This document shows, in pieces, positions 1 through 6,918 of a DNA stretch of 64,000 nucleotides (the first letter of the stretch is position 1; the number at the start of each line of letters is the position of its first letter). Position numbers and translations under genes: made by a program. Source of the stretch: an uncultured Acidobacteriota bacterium (lineage in GTDB: Bacteria; Acidobacteriota; Terriglobia; Acidiferrales; UBA7541); contig CAVPFK010000024.1 in assembly GCA_963703705.1 (NCBI GenBank), forward strand, positions 144,338 through 208,337. The letters are read 5' to 3'. The notes beneath the pieces were generated by a model. It searched no databases. It had not been told where the DNA came from and worked only from the letters and a program-made list of their open reading frames with translations.

Positions 1-473
1 CGACGCGGGCGCTGGCGGATTATTTTGAGGCGGCTGTGCGCGCAGGAGCGCCGGCCAAATCCGCGGCCAATTGGATTTCGACCGAGCTATTGCGGCGGCT
101 AAATGAAGGCGGAAAGAACATCGAGGATTGTCCCGTGACGCCATCCGCGCTGGCGGAATTGTTGGCAAAGATTGAAGGCGGTGCGATCACCGCGGCGACC
201 GGGAAGAAAGTATTTACAACGATGTTTGATACAGGCAAGAGCGCGGCCGATATTATTTCAGCCGAAGGAATGGCACAGATTACCGATTTGGGCGCCATTG
301 AAAAGATTGCGCGGGAAGTGGTGGTCAAGAATGCGGAGAACGCGGCAAAATATCGCGCGGGAAATGAAGGCGTGTTCAAGTTTTTCGTCGGGCAAGTGAT
401 GAAGGAAACACAGGGGCAGGCTAATCCGCAAGTGGTGAACGACGTTTTGAAGCGCGTACTAGCGGAATCTTAG
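1..473 (+). CDS. gatB: Asp-tRNA(Asn)/Glu-tRNA(Gln) amidotransferase subunit B, C-terminal part (5' end outside window)
   Basis: The frame is open from the window edge to TAG at 471-473. The tail (NWISTELLRRLNE...GKKVFTTMFDTGKSAADIISAEGMAQITD...FFVGQVMKETQGQANPQVVNDVLKRVL) looks like the GatB/YqeY C-terminal domain. Confidence 0.85.
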   Translation, partial: TRALADYFEAAVRAGAPAKSAANWISTELLRRLNEGGKNIEDCPVTPSALAELLAKIEGGAITAATGKKVFTTMFDTGKSAADIISAEGMAQITDLGAIEKIAREVVVKNAENAAKYRAGNEGVFKFFVGQVMKETQGQANPQVVNDVLKRVLAES

Positions 474-501
474 CCTTAAGCGGACAGGGGAAGCATACGT
501 C

Positions 502-963
502 ATGTTGAAGGAAGGCGATAAGGCTCCGAGTTTTCGAGTGACGGCTGACGACGGCAAGCCCGTGGGGCTGTCGGATTTTCGCGGGCGCAATCTGGTCCTG
601 TATTTCTATCCCAAAGCCAACACGCCCGGTTGAATCAACGAAGCGTCCGAGTTTCGTGACGCCATCAAGACGTTCGAAAAACTGGACACCGCCATCGTGG
701 GATGCAGCGCAGACGACGTGGAAGCTCAGACCAAATTCAAGATCAAGCATAAACTGAATTTCCCGTTGCTAGCGGACACGGAATTCGAAGTGATTGAACC
801 CTTCGGAGCTCGGCGGATGAAGAGTTTTCTGGGAAAGTCATTTTTAGGCATCGTGCGCATGACATTCTGGATCGGACCGGACGGAAAGATTCGAAAAATT
901 TGGGATAAGGTTACGCCGAAAGGACATGCCGCCGAGGTGATTGCCGCGATTGAGGCTGGATAA
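502..963 (+). CDS. bcp: Bcp/PrxQ-type peroxiredoxin with in-frame TGA (631-633) at the peroxidatic Cys position; probable selenocysteine
   Basis: ATG at 502 reads MLKEGDKAPSFRVTADDGKPVGLSDFRGRNLVLYFYPKANTPG-TGA-INEASEFRD... and continues in the same frame into the listed ORF 697..963. It matches the Bcp motif YFYPKxxTPGCTxEA, with TGA replacing the Cys codon. Confidence 0.75.
643..662 (+). promoter_or_regulatory. Candidate bacterial SECIS hairpin downstream of the in-frame UGA
   Basis: GCGUC-CGA-GUU-UCG-U-GACGC. The lower stem is 5 bp (643-647 with 658-662) and the upper stem is 3 bp (648-650 with 654-656). U657 is bulged and the apical loop contains GU. The hairpin starts 9 nt after UGA 631-633. 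Folded by eye only. Confidence 0.45.
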
Positions 964-969
964 ATCGTA

Positions 970-1842
970 CTAGACATTCACACGGAAGACGCCGTTTCCC
1001 TCTTCGATCTGCGCGTTATCAATCAGCCGCGTTTTACCTAATTTTGCTGCAAGCAATATAAGGCAACTTCCCCGGAGGCTTACCACCGGCTCAAGCGATT
1101 CCGCGTCCACAATTTCGGCGTAATCCAGGACCATGCCGGGCTCGGCTTCGATCACGTGATGTAATGTGGAGAGCAGGCGCGCGGCGCTACGTTCACCGGC
1201 TACGATTTCCTGGCGCGCGGACTCAAGCGAGCGATAGAGCGCGGTGGCGGCGCGGCGTTCGTCAGCGTTCAAATAAACATTTCGTGACGAATGCGCCAAG
1301 CCGTCGGGCTCGCGAAGAATCGGGCGAACGACAATTTGAGCGGGAAGATTGAGGTCCCGCGCCATTTGGCGGATGATTCGGGCTTGCTGCGCGTCCTTGC
1401 GTCCGAAATACGCACGATTTGGCTGAACAATTTCGAAGAGCTTAAGCACTACGGTGGTGACGCCCTGGAAATGGCCGGGACGCGAGCGGCCTTCGAGCTT
1501 GTCGCTAAGCCCTTGCACGGTGACGACGGTGCCAAAATCGGGCGGGTACATTTCCTCGGGTGTTGGCGCGAATAGATAATCCACGCCGAGATTTTCCAGC
1601 GCGGTGCGGTCCGCTTCGAAAGCACGCGGATATTTCTGAAAATCCTCAGAGGGACCGAACTGTTTCGGGTTGACGAAAAGCGAAACGACGACCGGAGAGC
1701 ATTCGGCTTTTGCCGCGCGTATCAACGAGAAGTGGCCTTCGTGCAGGGCGCCCATGGTTGGAACGAGGCCGATGATGCGTTCCTGGGCGCGCGCTTCGCG
1801 GGCTACCTGGCTCATCCACGATATGGTGCGAATTATTTCCAT
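970..1842 (-). CDS. panC: Pantoate--beta-alanine ligase
   Basis: 290 aa. The motif GLVPTMGALHEGHFSLIRAA...VVSLFVNPKQFGPSEDFQKYPR is typical of PanC (HIGH-type nucleotidyltransferase). Confidence 0.9.
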   Translation of the reverse strand: MEIIRTISWMSQVAREARAQERIIGLVPTMGALHEGHFSLIRAAKAECSPVVVSLFVNPKQFGPSEDFQKYPRAFEADRTALENLGVDYLFAPTPEEMYPPDFGTVVTVQGLSDKLEGRSRPGHFQGVTTVVLKLFEIVQPNRAYFGRKDAQQARIIRQMARDLNLPAQIVVRPILREPDGLAHSSRNVYLNADERRAATALYRSLESARQEIVAGERSAARLLSTLHHVIEAEPGMVLDYAEIVDAESLEPVVSLRGSCLILLAAKLGKTRLIDNAQIEEGNGVFRVNV

Positions 1843-1907
1843 GGCGTCGGTGCAGGAGATGTCTCAGGGGGCTGCTTTGATCGAGATCTGTCGACGGTCT
1901 GGTGGCC

Positions 1908-2417
1908 TCATGCCTTAGTCTGTGCAGCGCGCTCGCGATAGAAAATGATGAGGTCGGTACCGATGGGCTTGGCATCCAGCTGACGGAGCAGGCTTGCGAC
2001 TTGTCCACGATGATAGGTGCCGTGATTTACCAGATGTTGCAGCATTTGCCAAAGCGGGGCGGCTTGCGGCACGCCGGCAGTTGTCTTGTGTTCGATCACG
2101 CGATCCAAATCCTCGGGCTTCATCGAAGCGACATAGTCGAGGAGATTGCTTTCGACTTCAGCCCAGCGACGGCGTACCGCTTCCTGCGTGGGAAAATCGC
2201 TTGCGGGCGGAAAGTGATCCGGGGAACGGCCCAACCAGCGTTCGCGCCACAACCATTCGACCAGTAAGATATGGACGAGCGTATCGCGCACGGAGCGGAA
2301 GCTCGATCGCAGGTCGCGCGTGAATTGCTCGTCGTTGAGCGGCGTGCATGATTCGAGAGTGCGGCGATTGGCCCAGGAGTTGTAATCATACAGGCGGCGG
2401 AAATCGTCGAGGTTCAT
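1908..2417 (-). CDS. DinB-family (DinB/YfiT-like four-helix bundle) protein
   Basis: 169 aa. The N-terminus reads YDYNSWANRRTLESC and the C-terminal His motif reads HLVNHGTYHRGQVASLLRQL. It sits between panB and panC on the same strand. Confidence 0.75.
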   Translation of the reverse strand: MNLDDFRRLYDYNSWANRRTLESCTPLNDEQFTRDLRSSFRSVRDTLVHILLVEWLWRERWLGRSPDHFPPASDFPTQEAVRRRWAEVESNLLDYVASMKPEDLDRVIEHKTTAGVPQAAPLWQMLQHLVNHGTYHRGQVASLLRQLDAKPIGTDLIIFYRERAAQTKA

Positions 2418-2469
2418 GCGAGTTGTCTCCTTCAGGATACGGAGCGCGCATTAAACTGCGACAGGATCA

Positions 2470-3357
2470 TCAGACGCGCTGCCGCGCAAGCAAGTGCTCG
2501 CGCAATTCGGCCGGCGAATGGAAAGACTCCGCATCGGATGGAAAACACCCGGCGCCGACATCATGGCAGAATGCCTCCGCGGCGCGGGAAATTTCGCCGG
2601 CGAGATTCACATATTGGCGCGCGAACTTCGGCGTGTGGCCGACGGTGAGGCCCACCAGATCGTGGAAGACGAGAACCTGTCCATCGCAATCGGGGCCTGC
2701 GCCTATGCCGATGGTTGGAATGCGGAGCTTCTCAGTGATGCGAGCGGCAAGGTCGCGCGGAACGGATTCCAGCACGACCGAAAACGCGCCGGCGGCTTCG
2801 ACCGCTTGCGCATCGCGCTCGAGCTGGCGCGCCGCGTCGACCGTTTTGCCCTGCACGTGGAATCCGCCCAGCGCATTCACCGATTGCGGGGTGAGACCGA
2901 CGTGGCCCATTACAGGTATTTCGGCTTCCACTAAACGCGTGATCAATTCCAGCCGGCGTTCGCCACCTTCAATCTTGACGGCTTCCGCTCCGCCCTCTTT
3001 TACCAGGCGCATCGCGTTACGGATCGATTCGTCGAGGGAAACGTGAAAGCTTCCGTACGGCATATCCGCAACCAATAACGCCCGCTTGGTGCCGCGGCGG
3101 ACAGCGCGGACGTGGTGCAGCATTTCATCGAGCGTGACGGGCAGGGTGCTGTCGTAGCCAAGTACCACCATGCCGAGCGAGTCACCGACCAACAATATGT
3201 CCACGCCTGCATCGTCAAGCAGACGAGCGGTGGGATAGTCGTAGGCCGTCAAACAAGTGATTTTCTTTTTTGTTTCAGGGGAACTGGAACTGAATTTGCG
3301 GGATTGAATGTCAGGCACGGTAATTTTACCGTTACCTGCGCGAGGTGCAACGCTCAT
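2470..3357 (-). CDS. panB: 3-methyl-2-oxobutanoate hydroxymethyltransferase
   Basis: KKITCLTAYDYPTARLLDDAGVDILLVGDSLGMVVLGYDSTLPVTLDEMLHH is a PanB signature. I chose the start at ATG 3357 (MSVAPRAG) because GGAGG lies 4 nt upstream. The ORF track gives a longer version starting at 3411. Confidence 0.88.
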   Translation of the reverse strand: MSVAPRAGNGKITVPDIQSRKFSSSSPETKKKITCLTAYDYPTARLLDDAGVDILLVGDSLGMVVLGYDSTLPVTLDEMLHHVRAVRRGTKRALLVADMPYGSFHVSLDESIRNAMRLVKEGGAEAVKIEGGERRLELITRLVEAEIPVMGHVGLTPQSVNALGGFHVQGKTVDAARQLERDAQAVEAAGAFSVVLESVPRDLAARITEKLRIPTIGIGAGPDCDGQVLVFHDLVGLTVGHTPKFARQYVNLAGEISRAAEAFCHDVGAGCFPSDAESFHSPAELREHLLARQRV

Positions 3358-3491
3358 AGTGCCTCCGGTGCCGCTCCCAGGTTCGGGATGCAGCCCATAC
3401 AACAATCTCATTGTAGCAAATGGCGACCGGTTGCACTAAAAATTACTTGGCCGGCGGCGACGGCGACGACAACCATCCACTCGCCTGCCGT

Positions 3492-4313
3492 TTATTGAGC
3501 GTCAGTAACCTTACCGTTTACGAAGGTGACTTTGAGATCTTTGTAAACATAGATCTGCTTGGTTCCCAGGTTGATGATCTTTTCGGGCTGTCCAAGTATC
3601 CCGAGGACTTGATCGGGAGTTTGGCCCTTCTCTATTGTCGCTGGTGGGGCGGGCGGAGCTGCTTCAGCTGCAGGAGCCGCTTCCGCCGCGGGAGCCGCGT
3701 CTGCTGCCGGCGCCTGGCCCGCTGCGGGCTGTTGGTTTCCCTTGTCGTCCGACTTCGCGGAATCGTCTTGTTGAACTTTGAAGACTTCCGCGACGGTCTT
3801 CAACACTTCATCATTGGATGGCGTGGAGCCTTTGGAGTAAAGAAATTTGAGTGTGCATTGGTAACGCACGTCGCTATAGGGATCGCTGAACAAGGTGAAA
3901 ACAACGCCATCTGATTGCACAGCAATGCCGGTCACCCAGAACTTTTCGCCGGTAACGAAGTGCCGCGATTGCGTCTGCGCCTGGGATGGGGGCGGGTGGC
4001 CGATAAAGCTGCCAAATTTCTGCACGTTATCATGCACACCGAAGGCACCCTCAGAGAGCCTTCCGGCTTTATAGGTATTCTGGGGCAGAACCTGGTTAGA
4101 AATGGCGTACATTATTATTTTGTCTTTTTGGAGAATCAAAACGGACCCGGCGGTGACGATGTCGCTCTTATCGTCGGTGGGCTTGGTGATGGTGTATGTT
4201 GATTCCAATTGCTGTTGAAGTCCCTGGGCGGCGCTGCGAGGGCTGATCCCGAGCGATGCAAACACCAACGCCGCGATAACCCCTAATTTAATAAATGCTG
4301 GGCGCGAAAACAT
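3492..4313 (-). CDS. Secreted hypothetical protein with Ala/Pro-rich linker
   Basis: 273 aa. It has an N-terminal signal-like segment (FIKLGVIAALVFASLGISPRSAAQ), an (AAPAAE)n linker, and a small C-terminal domain ending KVTFVNGKVTD. I recognise no family. Confidence 0.6.
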   Translation of the reverse strand: MFSRPAFIKLGVIAALVFASLGISPRSAAQGLQQQLESTYTITKPTDDKSDIVTAGSVLILQKDKIIMYAISNQVLPQNTYKAGRLSEGAFGVHDNVQKFGSFIGHPPPSQAQTQSRHFVTGEKFWVTGIAVQSDGVVFTLFSDPYSDVRYQCTLKFLYSKGSTPSNDEVLKTVAEVFKVQQDDSAKSDDKGNQQPAAGQAPAADAAPAAEAAPAAEAAPPAPPATIEKGQTPDQVLGILGQPEKIINLGTKQIYVYKDLKVTFVNGKVTDAQ

Positions 4314-4473
4314 AGGCTTCCCTCACTAAGAAGAATTTTTTTCCGGGGAGCGGGGGAGCATCCCTTTGGATGAAACGCCGTAACTATAGGTAAGCGGATT
4401 AACCATGTCAACCAATCCATTAACTAAGCGTGACTCAATGCGCATTAGTTCGATCTGCTGTCTCAATGCTAAA

Positions 4474-4507
4474 CCGGGAAAGCCAGCCTGTAAGCTGACT
4501 CTCCCGG
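4474..4507 (-). terminator. Possible intrinsic terminator after the repeat-protein gene
   Basis: On the minus strand: CCGGGAGAGUCAGCUUACAGGCUGGCUUUCCCGG, an imperfect hairpin followed by UUUAGCAUU. It lies about 40 nt downstream of the stop at 4548. Confidence 0.35.
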
Positions 4508-4547
4508 TTCGGTGATCCTTTGCACTCGTTAATGGGATTAGGCGCTG

Positions 4548-6458
4548 TTAATTGCTGATCCCATCGTTTTGGGCTACCTGGACTTCTTTCTCAGCCTCGT
4601 CCGCCTCTTGTTGCTGTTTCTGCAAATCAGCGGCTGCGTTAGGATCGGGCGTTGCCTGGCCTTCCGGATTGGGCTTCGATACAGCCGAGCCAGCCGGAGC
4701 GGCAGGCATACCATTCTTGCCCTGATTCTTTGCCAGCTGTTCGAGACCGTCATCGATCTGCTCCCGGAAATGATTGTGCATTTCCTGGAGATCGTTGACA
4801 GCAACGGCTACCTGAACCCCCGAACTGCAGTCGCCCTTCTGGCTGCCGCTAACGAGCACCTTAACGTTCTGGTTGGCATCAGGAGTATCGTCGATGCGGG
4901 TAAGAACATCGCCCTGAGTCAACGAACATTCTGTGCCATCGGGCAACTGGGGATTTATAGTGTCCGCTACGATGAAAGTACGATTGTTAGGATTCAAGGC
5001 GTCCGGAACCACTTCTGGCGGAGTAGCTGAGGCCGAGTCTGACGCCGCGGCTGCTGGCGCTGCCGCCGGAGCACTAGTCCCGGCCGACTGCGCGGCTGCC
5101 GCGTCCCTTTCGGCTGCGATCTGGGCTTTCACTTCATCAGCGATTGCCTGTTTTACTTCCGGAGTGAGAACGACTGCCTGCTGACCGCCACCTCCGCCGT
5201 CCGCGGGAGCAGCAGCAACAGCGCCTCCTCCGTCACCACCTGCGTTTGCGCTCGCAACAGCAGCGGCGTTAGCTGAAGCCTGGGCTGCGTAGGCGGCTTG
5301 CAGATTGGCTGCAATCAGATAGTCCGTGATCCAGAATGCTGGGGCTGCATAAACCGGGTAAGGATTGAAATAGTATCCGTAGTAACCATACCAGGGAGCT
5401 CCACCCCATCCCCAGCCCCAACCAATTCCCGGACCCCATCCGCCGTAGGCCCAACCATAGTAACCACCGCCCCAGTAGTGTCCGGGGTAGTAGTGGTTGT
5501 AGTAGCCACCGTGGTAGTAGCCACGGCCATAAACATGCGCATAAGCATGGCCACCTCGGTAGTAGGTGCGGCTGTTGTAGCTGCGGCCACCGCGCGAGAA
5601 GCTATGTTCTGTGTAACCGGCACCATGTCCAGTGCTAACCACTCTAGTGCCATTGGCTTTCGTGGACGTTACGGTACGGCTTCCATTAGCGCCGTGGTTG
5701 ATAGTCGTGCCGCTTTTGGTATGAATCGAGCTGACTTTGCCACTGGAACTGTAAGTCGCTTTTGTTCCGCTCTTGGTCGTGACGCTCGTGGTCTTGCCCG
5801 AGCCGTTGATTGTCTTTGTGTTTCCGTGAGCAGTGGTGACGGTCTTGCTGGCTGCTGCGTTCTTGCCACCCGACGTATTGGACTTCGCGCCACCGGCCGT
5901 GGTTGTCTTGGCCCCACCTGCTGTGGTTGTCTTCGCCCCACCTGCCGTGGTCGTCTTCGCGCCGCCTGCCGTGGTCGTCTTCGCGCCGCCTGCCGTGGTC
6001 GTCTTCGCGCCGCCTGCCGTGGTCGTCTTCACGCCGCCTGCTGTGGTCGTCTTCGCCCCACCTGCCGTGGTTGTCTTCGCCCCACCTGCTGTGGTCGTCT
6101 TCGCCCCACCTGCTGTGGTCGTCTTCGCCCCACCTGCTGTGGTTGTATGCGAGCCGCCGGCTGTGGTTGTCTTGGCACCGCCGGCCGTAGTCGTGTGACC
6201 GGCGTTGGCGGTAGTTGTATGCGAACCGCCTGCCGTGGTTGTATGCGAGCCGCCTGCCGTGGTTGTATGCGAGCCGCCGCTCGAAGTCGAGTGTGACGGA
6301 GCGCTCGTATGAGCCGGCGCTGACGGATGCGACCCACCACCTGAAGAACCGCCACCGCCTTTATTCTTTTGGCCCCAAGCTAGACTTGGGAGCATGAGTA
6401 AAACGAGAAATACTGTCCACTTTGCTGCGAGATTGCGACCTGGCTGGCCGGATTTCAT
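4548..6458 (-). CDS. Secreted low-complexity repeat protein (TTTAGG[AK/SH] octapeptide array, Gly/Tyr/Trp-rich block, Ala-rich linker, C-terminal globular domain)
   Basis: 636 aa with a signal peptide (WTVFLVLLMLPSLAWGQ). It contains 16 tandem octapeptides, then YYRGGHAYAHVYGRGYYHGGYYNHYYPGHYWGGGYYGWAYGGWGPGIGWGWGWGG. The ORF is uninterrupted despite the repeats. Confidence 0.7.
   Translation of the reverse strand: MKSGQPGRNLAAKWTVFLVLLMLPSLAWGQKNKGGGGSSGGGSHPSAPAHTSAPSHSTSSGGSHTTTAGGSHTTTAGGSHTTTANAGHTTTAGGAKTTTAGGSHTTTAGGAKTTTAGGAKTTTAGGAKTTTAGGAKTTTAGGVKTTTAGGAKTTTAGGAKTTTAGGAKTTTAGGAKTTTAGGAKTTTAGGAKSNTSGGKNAAASKTVTTAHGNTKTINGSGKTTSVTTKSGTKATYSSSGKVSSIHTKSGTTINHGANGSRTVTSTKANGTRVVSTGHGAGYTEHSFSRGGRSYNSRTYYRGGHAYAHVYGRGYYHGGYYNHYYPGHYWGGGYYGWAYGGWGPGIGWGWGWGGAPWYGYYGYYFNPYPVYAAPAFWITDYLIAANLQAAYAAQASANAAAVASANAGGDGGGAVAAAPADGGGGGQQAVVLTPEVKQAIADEVKAQIAAERDAAAAQSAGTSAPAAAPAAAASDSASATPPEVVPDALNPNNRTFIVADTINPQLPDGTECSLTQGDVLTRIDDTPDANQNVKVLVSGSQKGDCSSGVQVAVAVNDLQEMHNHFREQIDDGLEQLAKNQGKNGMPAAPAGSAVSKPNPEGQATPDPNAAADLQKQQQEADEAEKEVQVAQNDGISN
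5883..6266. repeat. Tandem 24-bp repeat, 16 contiguous units (384 bp), inside CDS 4548..6458
   Basis: Plus-strand units read cttcgcSccRcctgcYgtggtYgt. Three consecutive units (cttcgcgccgcctgccgtggtcgt) are identical. Units toward 6266 diverge (atgcgagccgcc...). Confidence 0.9.
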
Positions 6459-6918
6459 ATTTATCTCCTCTTCATTCGGAACTTATTTTAATTTTCACGT
6501 TCAAGGCCGTTTGAAACTCGAAATCTTCCTACTATTGCCGCGCATACTTTCCCAGAGCGTCGAGCGCGCCCTAAGTTTGAGATCGCGTGCAACTGGATGA
6601 GCAGCGAATCAGCAGAAGCGTGCGTGTCATCCAGCTTGCTGAATATGAACGAATAAAACCAGTCAAGCCCCAAGACTGGTCTCACTACAGGCCTCTGCAA
6701 GAGCCAGGTTACAAGGGCAGTAATAAGTAGGGAAACTATAGTCCGAGGTTCGCCGGAGTGTCAATTCCAAATGAAAACCCCTATTCCTCTTTGCCATACG
6801 GCTCACTTGGATTTTCTCCATATTCGCCTGATCTAACCCAGCCGGCAAGCAAAAGTTGCAGGGTTCAGATTATTAGCGCACCGCTTGAAACGCGGGGCTG
6901 CAAGGGGGGCCACTAACT

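Noticed and set aside
697-963. The listed 88-aa ORF was considered as an independent gene, or bcp as a nonsense-mutated pseudogene.
   Set aside because: The upstream 43 codons are in frame and match the Bcp N-terminus. The single TGA sits on the catalytic Cys codon, and a hairpin and selA support recoding (see findings). The pseudogene option is not fully excluded without the checks listed there.
5883-6266. A CRISPR array was considered because of the regular short repeats.
   Set aside because: The units abut with no spacers, the period is 24 bp inside an open reading frame, and no cas genes are nearby. This is a coding tandem repeat.
5298-6296. Repeat-containing plus-strand ORFs (5298..6296, 5833..6198, 5903..6190) that look like exotic Cys/Arg- or Pro/Val-repeat proteins.
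   Set aside because: They are the antisense and out-of-frame readings of the 24-bp tandem array. The minus-strand frame has a signal peptide, an RBS context and a non-repetitive C-terminal domain.
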